Positions 40,698 through 51,787 are shown, counted from the first letter of the stretch. The stretch is DNA of 64,000 bases from Gammaproteobacteria bacterium (GCA_965237805.1 OZ250153.1:1248001-1312000); one strand, 5' to 3'. Program-made: numbers and translations. The notes: generated by a model not told the origin, from the letters alone.

Positions 40698-42650
40698 ATG
40701 GCTGGGAACATTCCGCGCGACTTCATCGACCAGCTGGTGCAGCGCGCCGATATCGTCGATGTCATCGGTGCCCGCGTCGCGTTGAAGAAGGCGGGGCGCG
40801 ACTATAAGGGGCTGTGCCCGTTTCACCGCGAGAAAACCCCCTCTTTCACCGTCAATCGACAAAAGCAGGTCTACTACTGCTTTGGTTGTAGTGCTGGCGG
40901 CAATGTGCTCAGCTTCGTCATGGAGCATGACAAGTTGGACTTTGTCACTAGCGTGGAGAGCTTGGCCGCATCGCTCAGTCTTGAGGTGCCGCGCGAGGGC
41001 GGTCGTGCGACGGCACCCCCTCTTTTGCCGATGTACGAGTTGTTGGAGCGTGGTTGTCGCTTTTACGAGGATCGATTGCGCCGCCCTCCGGAGAGTGCAC
41101 GAGCGGTGGAGTATCTCAAGGGGCGCGGCCTCAGCGGTGCCACCGCCAAGGCCTTTCGCCTCGGCTATGCGCCGTCTGGACGCGATGTCTTGCGGCGGGC
41201 GCTGTGCGATGGTGATGGCGGCTACCGTCCCGAAACACTGGCCGACTGTGGTTTGTTGCGGCGCGATAGCGATAGCGATGGCGGGGAGCGGCTACGCGAT
41301 CATCTGTGGAACCGGGTGGTCTTCCCGATCCGCGATCTGCGCGGGCGGGTCTTAGGCTTCGGTGCCCGCGCACTGGCTGACGATGTCCAGCCCAAGTACC
41401 TCAATTCACCAGAGAGCAAACTCTTTCAAAAGCGGCGTGTCCTCTACGGCTTGCATGAGAACCTGCGTGCCCACCGCCGCCTCTCGCGGCTATTGCTGGT
41501 CGAGGGCTATATGGATGTCATCACTCTGTTTCAGTATGGCGTGCCGGGGGCGGTCGCCACATTGGGCACGGCACTGAGCGAGGAGCACTTGGAGCTGGCC
41601 TTCCGCCATGTGCGGGAGCTGGTGTTCTGCTTCGATGGTGACGAGGCTGGTCGGCGGGCGGCGGCACGCGCCTTGGCGACAACTCTGCCAGCGATGCGCG
41701 ACGGTCGCCAAGTGCATTTTTTATTTTTGCCCGAGAGCCACGACCCAGATAGCTGGGTGCGCGAGATCGGTGCGGAGGCTTTCACCGAGCAGTTGGAGAG
41801 CGAACAGTGCCCACTGTCGCGCTTTTTGCTCGACCAACTTTCCGATGGGTTGGATTTAAAGACGCCGGACGGGCGCGCCAGTTTCTGGCAGCGGGCTCAG
41901 CAGCAGCTCAGCCAGCTACCGGCGACGATGTTCCGGGAACTGTTGTTGCGCGAGATCGCCCCGGTGGTGGGCATAGAGCTGGAGGAATTGCGCGCTTTCT
42001 TGCCCACCGAGCCAGCCGCAACTGCCTGGTCCACATCCAGTGCCGGGCTTGCGTACGAGCGCCCGCCACCGGAGGCCTACCAAGACGATGCCGCCGCTAG
42101 CCGGAATAGCGCAGTTGCGCCCGCTGAGCTGGAGAGGGCACACACCCACACCCCAGAGCGCGACCTGTTGCTGTGTCTGTGTGGCGAGCCAGCATTGGCA
42201 CAGAGCCCCAGTGCCGATGTGCTATTGCAGGCTTTGGAGGAGCGCCGCAAGGAGCCGCTGGAGCACGTGCTCATCAAAGCGATCGGAGGTTTGCGCAAGC
42301 GCCCGGGAGACAACAAGGGATGGCTGTTGGGCTGGCTTCAGGGTTCACGCGATATGGCGCGGACTCAGGATCCTGGTTTGATGCGCCAGATCCAGCAGTA
42401 TTGTGTCGGTGCATCCCCCACACGAAAGAGTCTCGAGTCTGCCTTTGAGAAGGGGGTGGAGCTCGTTGTTCAGGCTGCCGAGGCCGCTGCCGAGGCCATT
42501 GCGCGGGGCGAGCGCGACACACAGCTGGCGCAACGCATCACCGCACAGCTGGTGGCGGGGCAGAAGCCGACGCCTGAGGATAGCGCGGCGCTCGCCGACA
42601 ACTTGCGCGTAGCGTTCAGCTTCGCTCGTCGGGGTCGCGTCTCAGGATAA
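40698..42650 (+). CDS. dnaG: DNA primase
   Basis: CPFH...CFGC zinc ribbon, KYLNSPE, VEGYMDV, FDGDEAG and DPD. Confidence 0.96.
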   Translation: MAGNIPRDFIDQLVQRADIVDVIGARVALKKAGRDYKGLCPFHREKTPSFTVNRQKQVYYCFGCSAGGNVLSFVMEHDKLDFVTSVESLAASLSLEVPREGGRATAPPLLPMYELLERGCRFYEDRLRRPPESARAVEYLKGRGLSGATAKAFRLGYAPSGRDVLRRALCDGDGGYRPETLADCGLLRRDSDSDGGERLRDHLWNRVVFPIRDLRGRVLGFGARALADDVQPKYLNSPESKLFQKRRVLYGLHENLRAHRRLSRLLLVEGYMDVITLFQYGVPGAVATLGTALSEEHLELAFRHVRELVFCFDGDEAGRRAAARALATTLPAMRDGRQVHFLFLPESHDPDSWVREIGAEAFTEQLESEQCPLSRFLLDQLSDGLDLKTPDGRASFWQRAQQQLSQLPATMFRELLLREIAPVVGIELEELRAFLPTEPAATAWSTSSAGLAYERPPPEAYQDDAAASRNSAVAPAELERAHTHTPERDLLLCLCGEPALAQSPSADVLLQALEERRKEPLEHVLIKAIGGLRKRPGDNKGWLLGWLQGSRDMARTQDPGLMRQIQQYCVGASPTRKSLESAFEKGVELVVQAAEAAAEAIARGERDTQLAQRITAQLVAGQKPTPEDSAALADNLRVAFSFARRGRVSG

Positions 42651-42705
42651 TATAGCGGGGATTGTGGCAGGATGCCACTTGCGCTGAGCCAAGGAGGGCG
42701 GGGCG

Positions 42706-44391
42706 ATGGGAAATGCCGAACGTTGGCTGGAAGCGTTGGTGGCTGATGGCCTGTTGGCTGCTGGCGATGCCGAGATCGCGGGGCGGCAGCTGCACCGGAT
42801 GCCGTCACCCACGGCACATCCCTTGGAGCAACTGGTCGCCCTGAACTTGTGCCGAGTGACCGGTGGCACACTGGATCGGCTCGCATTGTTGCGCTGGCTT
42901 GTGCAGCGCAGCGAGTTGCCGTTGGAGACGGTCACGCTGGCGGCGGTAGAGGCTGCCGGTGCGGTGCCACAGCCATTTTCCGAGCGCCATGGCATTCTGC
43001 TGTTGCGCATGGATGCCGAGCGGGCGGTGGTCGCTTGCTCGGATCCCTTTGTCCGCGATTGGGAGGCACCACTGGCAGCGATGCTGGGGCGGTCCATCCA
43101 GCGTGTGCTGGCAGATCCGGCAGAGCTGCGCAAGTGCACAGGGCAATTCGCGCAGTTGCATCGTTCAGTGCGTGCGGCTGGCCATGCCCATGAACTCTTG
43201 GACACACCGCCGATCACAACACCCGTCATCAATGGCGAATCTCAGCCCAGTGCTGCAGTGGCGGATTGGCTGGTACATTACGCACTGGAGCAGCGTGCCA
43301 GTGACCTGCACTTGGAGCCGCGCGGGGAGACGACCCGGGTGCGGCTGCGCATCGATGGCAGCTTGCACGAGTTGTGCCAGCTGCCAGCGGCGGTGGCGCT
43401 GGCAGTCATCGCACGCTTCAAATTGATGGCCGCGATGGATGTCACCGAACGCCGTCGCCCGCAGGATGGGCGTCTGCGCAATGCGCTACCCGGTGGCGGC
43501 ACATTGGAAATGCGCCTAGCCACCTTGCCCACCGCCCATGGCGAGAAATTGGTGGCGCGCCTGCTGGATGCCACGGTAGCCAGCGTCGGCCTTGAGGCTT
43601 TGGGCATGGCCGATGCTGTGCTGGCTGCGTGGCAGCGGCTGGCGCTGCGTCGCCACGGCTTGTTGCTGGCCACCGGTCCCACTGGCTCGGGCAAGAGTGC
43701 CACGCTCTATGCCACGTTGCGCACGTTGGCCGATGGCGAGCACAACATTTGCACGGTGGAGGATCCGATCGAAATCGTCGATGAGGCTTTTAACCAAACC
43801 CAAGTGCGCCCCGACTTGGGGCTGGACTTTGCCGATGGTATCCGCGCCTTGCTGCGTCAGGACCCAGATGTCATCATGGTAGGTGAGATCCGTGATCCGC
43901 AGACCGCACGCATGGCGGTGCAGGCTGCCCTCACCGGGCATTTGGTGCTGGCCACATTGCATACCAACAGCAGTGTCGATGCGGTGGCTCGGCTACTCGA
44001 TCTGGAGGTGCCGGACTATCTGTTGCGGGCGAGCTTGACGGGGGTCATGGCTCAGCGCTTGGTGCGGGCGCTGTGTCGGCATTGCCGTCGTCCCGAAGCG
44101 GCGGGATCCGAGCTGTGGCAGCAGCTGTCGCCGTCGCCGCCACCGCTGACCTATGTAGCCGATGGCTGTTTGCAGTGTCGGCACAGCGGCCACCACGGGC
44201 GCTTGGGCCTGTTTGAATTGTTGGAGGTGGCCCCTGCATTGCGCGCTGTGCTGTGCCGTGATGGTGACAGTTTGCGCACGGCGGCAGAGCGTGTGCAAAT
44301 TGGTACGCTGCGTGCCGCTGCTGCCGCACGGGTGGCGGCGGGGGAGATCAGCTTGCGCGAGGCGCTGAGCGTGGCAGGTGCTGAGCTTTGA
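42706..44391 (+). CDS. GspE/PilB-family secretion ATPase (orphan)
   Basis: ASDLHLEP, GPTGSGKS, TVEDPIE, LRQDPDVIMVGEIRD, GHLVLATLHTN and CxxC...CxxC. Confidence 0.92.
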   Translation: MGNAERWLEALVADGLLAAGDAEIAGRQLHRMPSPTAHPLEQLVALNLCRVTGGTLDRLALLRWLVQRSELPLETVTLAAVEAAGAVPQPFSERHGILLLRMDAERAVVACSDPFVRDWEAPLAAMLGRSIQRVLADPAELRKCTGQFAQLHRSVRAAGHAHELLDTPPITTPVINGESQPSAAVADWLVHYALEQRASDLHLEPRGETTRVRLRIDGSLHELCQLPAAVALAVIARFKLMAAMDVTERRRPQDGRLRNALPGGGTLEMRLATLPTAHGEKLVARLLDATVASVGLEALGMADAVLAAWQRLALRRHGLLLATGPTGSGKSATLYATLRTLADGEHNICTVEDPIEIVDEAFNQTQVRPDLGLDFADGIRALLRQDPDVIMVGEIRDPQTARMAVQAALTGHLVLATLHTNSSVDAVARLLDLEVPDYLLRASLTGVMAQRLVRALCRHCRRPEAAGSELWQQLSPSPPPLTYVADGCLQCRHSGHHGRLGLFELLEVAPALRAVLCRDGDSLRTAAERVQIGTLRAAAAARVAAGEISLREALSVAGAEL

Positions 44392-44527
44392 AATTGGCAT
44401 GGCGATACCCGTCGCTGTGGCGAGCGAGCGCCGTGGCCGCGCCCCTTTTCACGATGCGATAAAATGGACTGTTGCAATGGAGATACCCGGCTCGCTGTGG
44501 CCGCGGCAGCTTTGAGAGGGATTTGCG

Positions 44528-45469
44528 ATGTCGATGGCGGACCGTGATGGCGCGATTTGGCATGATGGTAAATTGGTCCCTTGGCGTGAGGCCAATTTCC
44601 ATTTCCTGAGTCATACACTGCATTATGGCCTCGGGGTTTTCGAGGGCGTGCGCGCCTATGAAACCGCTTCGCGGGGAACCTGCATCTTCCGTCTCGCCGA
44701 TCACACGCGGCGCCTGCTGGACTCGGCTCACATCCTCTCCATTGATGTGGACTGGACCCAAGCGGAGCTGGAGCAGGCACAGTGCGAGGTGGTGCGTGCC
44801 AATGGCCTCAGCGAGAGCTATCTGCGCCCGATGTGCATGCTCGGAGTGCCTGAGACGCCCGACGGCATGGGGCTGCGCGCCGAGGGGGTGCCGTGCCATA
44901 CGGTGATTGCCGCTTGGGAATGGCCGCGTTATATGGATGGCGAGGCCAATGAGCGCGGTATCCGTGTGCACACTTCTTCTTTCACCCGCCACCATGTCAA
45001 TGCCGCCATGTGTCGCGCCAAAGGCAACGGCTATTACATCAACTCCATACTCGCCCTGCGCGAAGCGCGCAGCAACGGCTTCGACGAGGCACTGCTCTTG
45101 GATCCGGAAGGCTTTGTCGCCGAGGGCAGTGGTGAGAACCTGTTCATCGTGCGCGGTGCAGTGCTACACACGCCGTCGCCCACTTTCTGCCTTGATGGAA
45201 TCACCCGGGACACTGTGATCCAGTTGGCGCGCGAGGAAGGGATTGAGGTGCGGGAGCGCCGCATCAGCCGCGACGAGGTCTACATCGCCGATGAGGCTTT
45301 CCTCACCGGCACCGCTGCCGAGGTGGTGCCAGTGCGCGAGTTGGATCGCCGTCGCATCGGCAACGGCGATGCTGGCGAGATGACCAAACATCTGCAGGCA
45401 CTATATCTGCAGCAGGTGCGTGGGCAGCGATCAAGTCACCCTGAATGGCTTGTGCCAGTGGCTGACTGA
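44528..45469 (+). CDS. ilvE: Branched-chain amino acid aminotransferase
   Basis: LHYGLGVFEG, catalytic K in AKGNG, EGSGEN, LDGITR and GTAAE. Confidence 0.96.
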   Translation: MSMADRDGAIWHDGKLVPWREANFHFLSHTLHYGLGVFEGVRAYETASRGTCIFRLADHTRRLLDSAHILSIDVDWTQAELEQAQCEVVRANGLSESYLRPMCMLGVPETPDGMGLRAEGVPCHTVIAAWEWPRYMDGEANERGIRVHTSSFTRHHVNAAMCRAKGNGYYINSILALREARSNGFDEALLLDPEGFVAEGSGENLFIVRGAVLHTPSPTFCLDGITRDTVIQLAREEGIEVRERRISRDEVYIADEAFLTGTAAEVVPVRELDRRRIGNGDAGEMTKHLQALYLQQVRGQRSSHPEWLVPVAD

Positions 45470-45683
45470 GGTGGTGGCGGGGGGTGTCGCCGAGTTGGGT
45501 GCAGCTGTGGCCATGTGCGTGTTGTCGGTTCCAAGTGTCACGTGGCGCACGCTCCGATGCAGCTTGGCGGCGGTTGACACGATGGTCTCGCGCCGCCCGT
45601 AGGCGGCGCTTCGATTGAGCGATGGGCTGGCACTGCGCTGATGTGCGTCGCGTGGTGTCGCTGGCAAGGCTTGGGGGCTGAAA

Positions 45684-45941
45684 ATGGGCAAAAACAAAAC
45701 GACGCAGGATGCCAGTGACGGCGAACTGGTCTTTGAGCAAGCTTTGGAGCGCCTTGAGCAGCTGGTGGAGCGCCTCGAAGCGGGGCAGCTGAGCTTGGAG
45801 GGAGCGCTGCGCGACTACGAGCAGGGCATGCAGCTGGTGACGCGTTGCCGAACGGCGCTGGATCGCGCTGAGCAGCGAGTGCGCGAATTGCGCGATGACG
45901 GCGCTGACCCTACCCCTGTGTTGCCCGCCGCAGAAGATTGA
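45684..45941 (+). CDS. xseB: Exodeoxyribonuclease VII small subunit
   Basis: FEQALERLEQLVERLE...YEQG...AEQRV; xseB-ispA-dxs synteny. Confidence 0.94.
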   Translation: MGKNKTTQDASDGELVFEQALERLEQLVERLEAGQLSLEGALRDYEQGMQLVTRCRTALDRAEQRVRELRDDGADPTPVLPAAED

Positions 45942-45949
45942 GGCGGATG

Positions 45950-46828
45950 ATGTCCGAGGCGTTGATGGAGCGGGCCAAGGAGCACTTGCAACGGCAAAGC
46001 GAGCAGACCAACCGCGCTTTGGAGTGCCACCTAGATCAGTTGCGCGACGACCGCCTTGAGTTGTGGCCAGCCATGCGCTACGCCTTGGTCAGTGGTGGCA
46101 AGCGCATCCGCGCCACCTTGGTTTCGGCGGCGGCCACCACCGTTGCTCCGGGGGTGGCACCAGCGGCGGTCTTGGATTGCATCTCCAGCGCGGTGGAGTT
46201 TATGCACTGCTATTCGTTGGTACACGACGACCTGCCAGCGATGGACGACGACGATATGCGCCGCGGTCAGCCCTCCTGTCATATCCGCTTCGACGAGGCG
46301 ACTGCCATTCTCGCTGGCGATGCCCTGCAGGCGCATGCCTTTGGTTTACTGATTCGTTGCCCGGGCTTGTCTGCTGAGTGTCGCCTGCAGATGTTGGACG
46401 ATTTGGTCGAAGTGGTGGGGATCGCTGGCATGGCGGGCGGTCAGGCTCGAGATTTGGCCTTTGTGCGCCAGCTGCCCAGCGTTGCCGAGCTGGAACAGAT
46501 GCAGCGTATGAAGACCGCTGCCTTGATCGCTGGCAGTTTGCGTCTCGGCGGCCGTGCCGTTGCGGCCTCGGAGGGGCAGCTGCAAGCGCTGTCGCGCTAT
46601 GGCTCCGATATCGGCTTGGCTTTCCAGATCTGCGATGACTTGATCGACAGCACCGATGAGTCGGACGCTGCACTCGAGTCGAACTATTGCACCTTGGTCG
46701 GCATCGAGGTGGCGCGTCGGCGGATGTTGGACTTGGAGCACAGCGCCATGGCATCCTTGGATGGGGTCTTCAAAGACAGCGAACTGCTCTGCGCCCTAGC
46801 GCACTACATGGTCAACCGAGAGTCATGA
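45950..46828 (+). CDS. ispA: Farnesyl diphosphate synthase (atypical C-terminal loop)
   Basis: [31 protein letters not shown] and FQICDDLID. Confidence 0.9.
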   Translation: MSEALMERAKEHLQRQSEQTNRALECHLDQLRDDRLELWPAMRYALVSGGKRIRATLVSAAATTVAPGVAPAAVLDCISSAVEFMHCYSLVHDDLPAMDDDDMRRGQPSCHIRFDEATAILAGDALQAHAFGLLIRCPGLSAECRLQMLDDLVEVVGIAGMAGGQARDLAFVRQLPSVAELEQMQRMKTAALIAGSLRLGGRAVAASEGQLQALSRYGSDIGLAFQICDDLIDSTDESDAALESNYCTLVGIEVARRRMLDLEHSAMASLDGVFKDSELLCALAHYMVNRES

Positions 46829-48765
46829 AAACGCCGAATGCCAAGTCCGCCGAGGAGGGTCGTGTCGATGATGGTGGGCTACCGCGCGAGCGACCAGACA
46901 CGCCATTGCTCGACAGCATCGACTCACCGGTGCAGCTGCGTGCGCTCGACGCCTCACAGCTGCCGGGACTGGCAGCGGAGTTGCGCGCCTTTTTGCTCTA
47001 CACGGTGGCTCGCACTGGCGGCCATTTCGGTGCCAGTCTCGGCGTTGTCGAACTGAGCATCGCGTTGCACTATCTCTACGACACGCCGCAGGATTTGCTA
47101 CTGTGGGATGTCGGTCACCAAGCCTATCCACACAAGATCCTCACCGGTCGGCGCGAGCGCATGGCGACGCTGCGCCAAAGCGGCGGTCTGTCGGGCTTTC
47201 TCAGGCGCGAGGAAAGTCCCTACGACCACTTTGGTGCCGGCCACTCAAGCACCAGCATCAGTGCTGCCCTCGGCATGGCGCTGGCAGCGCGCCAGCAGGG
47301 GAGCCGCCGCCGTGTGGCGGCGGTGATCGGTGATGGTGCCATCACCGCTGGCATGGCCTACGAGGCGATGGCGCATTTGGGGGAGACGCGCGCCGATGCC
47401 TTGGTGGTGCTGAACGACAACCAGATGTCGATTTCCCACAACACTGGCGGCTTGCATAACTACTTGGCGCGTCTGTGGTCGAGCAAGACCTACTCGTCGC
47501 TACGCACCGGGAGCAAGAAAATGTTGCGCCGTATGCCGACTGCCCTAGAGCTGGCCAAGCGCACCGAAGAGCACATCAAGGGGATGGTTGCGCCCGGCAC
47601 ACTGTTTGAAGAACTGAACCTGAATTACATCGGCCCGGTCAATGGTCATGATTTGCCGTTGTTGTTACATATGATCGGCAATCTGCGCGAGCTCAAGGGG
47701 CCGCAGCTGCTGCATGTATTGACTGTCAAAGGCCAGGGTTATGCGCCCGCCGAGGAAGATCCGGTGCGTTATCACGCGATCAGCAAGTGGTCGGCACCCG
47801 TGGCGGCTCCCGTTGCCGAACAAGTGCCGCGCTATCAGAAGATTTTCGGGGACTGGTTGTGCGAGGTGGCGGCGCGCGATGAGCGCTTGGTGGCAATCAC
47901 TCCAGCCATGTGCGAGGGCTCGGGGATGGTGGATTTCGCCGAGCGTTTCCCAGATCGCTTCTACGATGTCGCCATCGCCGAGCAGCACAGTGTGACCTTG
48001 GCCGCTGGCATGGCTTGTGGCGGCCTCAAGCCGGTGGTGGCGATCTACTCGACTTTTCTGCAACGCGCCTACGATCAGCTGATCCACGATGTGGCTCTGC
48101 AAAAGCTCGATGTGACCTTTGCCGTCGACCGTGCCGGCTTGGTGGGTGAGGACGGCCCCACCCATGCTGGCAGCTTCGACCTCTGCTATCTGCGCTGTGT
48201 CCCCAATCTGGTGGTATTGGCACCGTCGGATGGCGATGAGGCGCGGTGCATGTTGGAGACAGCCTATTGTCACGAGGGGCCAGCTGCGGTGCGTTATCCA
48301 CGTGGCTCGCCGTCGGCACCACTGCACTTGCAAGATCCTCAGCCCTTGCCGATCGGTCGTGCTATCGTGCGCCGTCGTGGCCAGCGCACGGCTTTCTTGG
48401 TTTTTGGCACGCCGTTGGCAGCGGCGCGAGAGGTGGCCGAAGCCATCGATGCCAGCGTGGTGGATATGCGCTTCGTCAAGCCGCTGGATGAGGACTTGGT
48501 GCGTCAGTTTGCCGCTTCGCACCAGCTGCTGGTGACGGTGGAAGATGGGGTCATCGCCGGTGGTGCTGGTGCTGCGGTTGGGGAATTATTGGCAGCCGAC
48601 CCCGCCGCTCCGCCGCTGTTGCATCTGGGCTTGCCGGATCACTTTGTCGAACACGGCACTCGTGCCGAGCTGTTGGCGCAGTGTGGACTCGATGCAGCTG
48701 GAATCGGGAACTCGGTGGCGCGTTGGTGGGACGAGCATCAGGCCAAGTTAGATAATATGGCCTAG
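46825..48765 (+). CDS. dxs: 1-deoxy-D-xylulose-5-phosphate synthase
   Basis: [28 protein letters not shown] and DGPTH. Confidence 0.97.
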   Translation: MKTPNAKSAEEGRVDDGGLPRERPDTPLLDSIDSPVQLRALDASQLPGLAAELRAFLLYTVARTGGHFGASLGVVELSIALHYLYDTPQDLLLWDVGHQAYPHKILTGRRERMATLRQSGGLSGFLRREESPYDHFGAGHSSTSISAALGMALAARQQGSRRRVAAVIGDGAITAGMAYEAMAHLGETRADALVVLNDNQMSISHNTGGLHNYLARLWSSKTYSSLRTGSKKMLRRMPTALELAKRTEEHIKGMVAPGTLFEELNLNYIGPVNGHDLPLLLHMIGNLRELKGPQLLHVLTVKGQGYAPAEEDPVRYHAISKWSAPVAAPVAEQVPRYQKIFGDWLCEVAARDERLVAITPAMCEGSGMVDFAERFPDRFYDVAIAEQHSVTLAAGMACGGLKPVVAIYSTFLQRAYDQLIHDVALQKLDVTFAVDRAGLVGEDGPTHAGSFDLCYLRCVPNLVVLAPSDGDEARCMLETAYCHEGPAAVRYPRGSPSAPLHLQDPQPLPIGRAIVRRRGQRTAFLVFGTPLAAAREVAEAIDASVVDMRFVKPLDEDLVRQFAASHQLLVTVEDGVIAGGAGAAVGELLAADPAAPPLLHLGLPDHFVEHGTRAELLAQCGLDAAGIGNSVARWWDEHQAKLDNMA

Positions 48766-49335
48766 TTTGTCGGCTTTAGTCGCCAGATAATGCATGTTGT
48801 GTGGGTTGTCGCCGACGCGCAATGGCATACGCTCCACCACTTCGATACCCAGTGTCTCCAGTGCGCTGACCTTGCTCGGGTTGTTGGTCATCAAGCGCAG
48901 GCGTTGGATGCCGAAGTAGCGCAGGATAGCGGCACAATGGCTGTAGTCACGCTGGTCTTCGGCGAATCCCAATTGCAAGTTGGCCTCGACGGTGTCGGCA
49001 CCTTCATCTTGTAGTTGATAGCTCAAGATCTTGTTGCCCAAGCCGATATTACGCCCTTCCTGTGCCATATAGAGCAAGATGCCGCGGTTGGCATCGGCGA
49101 TCTTCTGCACCGCCCGTTGCAATTGCGAGCCGCAGTCGCAACGCAGGCTGAACAGCGCGTCGCCCGTCGTGCAGCTCGAGTGGATGCGTCCCAGCAACGG
49201 CTCTTCCCCCTCCAGCTGTCCGAGAGTCAGCACGAGATGGTCGCTACCGCTTTCTTCAGCATCGGAAAAAGCGTGTAGTGAAAACTCCGCCCACTCTGTG
49301 GGCAGGCGAGCGCAGGCTAAGTGGCGCAGAGCCAT
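48748..49335 (-). CDS. ribA: GTP cyclohydrolase II
   Basis: RIHSSC.TGD..SLRCDCG, QEGR.IG and MTNNP; start at ATG 49335 gives the typical ~195 aa. Confidence 0.95.
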   Translation of the reverse strand: MALRHLACARLPTEWAEFSLHAFSDAEESGSDHLVLTLGQLEGEEPLLGRIHSSCTTGDALFSLRCDCGSQLQRAVQKIADANRGILLYMAQEGRNIGLGNKILSYQLQDEGADTVEANLQLGFAEDQRDYSHCAAILRYFGIQRLRLMTNNPSKVSALETLGIEVVERMPLRVGDNPHNMHYLATKADKLGHII

Positions 49336-49612
49336 GATATCCAGATGATCCTCATTAGCGGCATCATTTTGACAGTCTAACACGCTGAGCTGATGTCTTG
49401 ACGCGGTCTTGCTATCCACGCTAAAATGACGAGCTGTCTCGGCAGCTTACGAGGGGCATCGGTCGGCGAGGGCGCTGGCCTTGGTCACAGATTTGCGCTT
49501 GGGGGCAGTGGCGTGCGACTTGGTTGAAAGCCTGTCGTCGCGGTCTGTTGTTCCTCTTGCTGTCTAGGGTTGCCGGCTCTGCGGCTTGTGTATTTGACAG
49601 GATCCGATCTTG

Positions 49613-50122
49613 GTGGCGACCATCCGACAACAGCAGCGACTGCACGAACTTGTCGATCCGGTGGTGAGCGGCCTTGGATTGGAGCTATGGGGGCTGGAAT
49701 ATCAGCCCAGTCGCCGCCCGCCTGTGTTGCGTGTTTTCATCGAAGCAACTGCCGATGGTGCTGGCGGTATCAGTGTGTCCGATTGCGAGCAGGTCAGCTG
49801 TCAGCTGAGCGGTGTGCTCGATGTCGAGGATCCGTTGCCGGGTCGCTATCAGCTCGAAGTGTCCTCTCCCGGCATGGATCGCCGTCTCTTCGAATGGTGT
49901 CATTTTCAGCGTTTCACCGGCGCACGGGCACGTGTTTCGTTGCGCGTGTCCGTCGACGGTCAGCGTCATTTTGAGGGCTGGCTGTTGCCTTTGCCTGAGG
50001 ACGGGCAGTCCTCGGTGGCATTGCGCGGAGCCGACGGGGAAGAGTGGCGTTTTGCCTTTGCCGCTATCGATTCGGCGCGATTGGTTCCTGATTTGACGGG
50101 TCTGAGTGAGGGGGGGCGATAG
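49613..50122 (+). CDS. rimP: Ribosome maturation factor RimP
   Basis: LRVFIE, DCEQVS and YQLEVSSPGMDR. Confidence 0.95.
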   Translation: MATIRQQQRLHELVDPVVSGLGLELWGLEYQPSRRPPVLRVFIEATADGAGGISVSDCEQVSCQLSGVLDVEDPLPGRYQLEVSSPGMDRRLFEWCHFQRFTGARARVSLRVSVDGQRHFEGWLLPLPEDGQSSVALRGADGEEWRFAFAAIDSARLVPDLTGLSEGGR

Positions 50123-51781
50123 GTGAAGCTGGAGCCCAGTGAAATTTTGGCGATGGTGCAGACCGTCGCCACCGAGAAAGGCATCGATTCCGAGCTATTG
50201 TTTGAGGCGGTCGAGCAAGCCTTGGGCGAGGCGCGTCGACGCGATCTGGAATCGCAGGGTACGGCGGGAGCGGAGGTGCGTGTGCGCATCGATCGTGTCA
50301 CTGGCGAATGGAGCAGTGCCCGTGTGTGGTTTGTGGTGGCCGATGACCCGGAGGAGCGCACGGTGCGCCCCCTGCGGGTGGATCCGCTCGCCCGGCCACC
50401 GCTCGCTGGTGCAGAGGAAGAGCTGGCGGGCGATCCGCACGAGCTCGATGTGGCCTGTGAGAAGACGCTGAGCGAGGCGCGCGAGTTGCAAGCTGATCTG
50501 GAAGTCGGCCAGTGGTATGAAAAGGCTTTGCCGCAGCACGATTTTGGGCGCATTGCGGCTCAGATCGCCAAGCAGGTCATCGTGCGGCGTGTGCGCGAGG
50601 CGGAGCGGGTGGTGGTGCGCAAACAGTACCAGAACCGCGTCGGTGAATTGCTGAGCGGGCATGTGAGCCGTGTGACTCGCGACAATTTCATTGTCATGCT
50701 GGCGGGCAATGCAGAGGCCTTGCTGCCACGTAGCCGGTCGGTGCGCGACGATGGTTTCCGCATCGGCGATACGGTGCGTGCGGTGTTGGAGGAGTTGGAG
50801 CCAGATGCGCGCGGTCCACAGCTGGTCTTGGGGCGTCGCTCGCCCGCCATGTTGGAGCAGTTGTTTCGCTTGGAAGTGCCGGAAATCCAAGAGGGCTTGA
50901 TCGAGATTCGCGGTGTCGTGCGCGAGCCCGGCTCGCGCGCCAAAGTGGCGGTCAAGACCAACGATGGGCGCATCGATCCGGTTGGCGTCTGCGTCGGCAT
51001 GCGCGGCACACGGGTGTTGGCGGTCTCACATGAGGTCAAGGATGAGCGCATCGACATCGTCCCTTGGCACGAGGATGTGGCGCAATTTGTGATCAGTGCG
51101 CTGGCACCGGCCGAGGTCGATTCAGTGGTGATGGAGCCGGATCGTCGCACGGTGGAAGTCGGCGTGCCGGAGGAGAATATCAAGACAGCGCTCGGTCACC
51201 GCGGCGAAAATGTCCGCTTGGCCAGCGCCTTGGTCGGTTGGCATATCGACATCGTCAGCACTGAGGAAATGGCGTCACGCAAACAAAGCGAGAACGACAA
51301 GTTGCGCGATCGCTTCGTGCAACATCTGGAGGTGGATGCAGAGTTGGCGGGTCTGCTGGTGCAATCCGGCTTCGTCAATATTGATTCCATCGCCTATGTG
51401 CCGTTGGATGAATTGGTGTTGATCGACGGTATCGACCACGGGCTGGCCGAGAATCTGCGCGAGCGTGCGAGAAACGCGCTATTTCTGATGATGGCGCAAG
51501 GGGAAGAAGAGGAAGTGGCGCCAGTGCCGACCGAAGAGTTATTGACCTTGGAGCGGATGACTCCGGGCATCGCCAGTCGGCTTGCTGCCGAGGGCATCGC
51601 CACGGTACAGGCCTTGGCTGACCAAGCGGTACCCGATCTGCTGGAGATCAGCGGCATTGAGGAACGCATGGCTCGTCGCCTGATCATGGAGGCGCGGCGG
51701 CAAATTTTTGACATGGAAGCGGACGGCGTGGAGCCGGAGGCAGCTGTGCCGGCGGCTGTCGGTTCGACACCTAGGAATTGA
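50123..51781 (+). CDS. nusA: Transcription termination/antitermination factor NusA
   Basis: FGRIAAQIAKQVI, REPGSRAK, DPVGVCVGMRG, S1/KH domains and two acidic repeats. Confidence 0.96.
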   Translation: MKLEPSEILAMVQTVATEKGIDSELLFEAVEQALGEARRRDLESQGTAGAEVRVRIDRVTGEWSSARVWFVVADDPEERTVRPLRVDPLARPPLAGAEEELAGDPHELDVACEKTLSEARELQADLEVGQWYEKALPQHDFGRIAAQIAKQVIVRRVREAERVVVRKQYQNRVGELLSGHVSRVTRDNFIVMLAGNAEALLPRSRSVRDDGFRIGDTVRAVLEELEPDARGPQLVLGRRSPAMLEQLFRLEVPEIQEGLIEIRGVVREPGSRAKVAVKTNDGRIDPVGVCVGMRGTRVLAVSHEVKDERIDIVPWHEDVAQFVISALAPAEVDSVVMEPDRRTVEVGVPEENIKTALGHRGENVRLASALVGWHIDIVSTEEMASRKQSENDKLRDRFVQHLEVDAELAGLLVQSGFVNIDSIAYVPLDELVLIDGIDHGLAENLRERARNALFLMMAQGEEEEVAPVPTEELLTLERMTPGIASRLAAEGIATVQALADQAVPDLLEISGIEERMARRLIMEARRQIFDMEADGVEPEAAVPAAVGSTPRN

Positions 51782-51787
51782 TCCGCC

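Noticed and set aside
49420-49612. Expected tRNA-Met upstream of rimP
   Set aside because: No cloverleaf or T-loop found on either strand.
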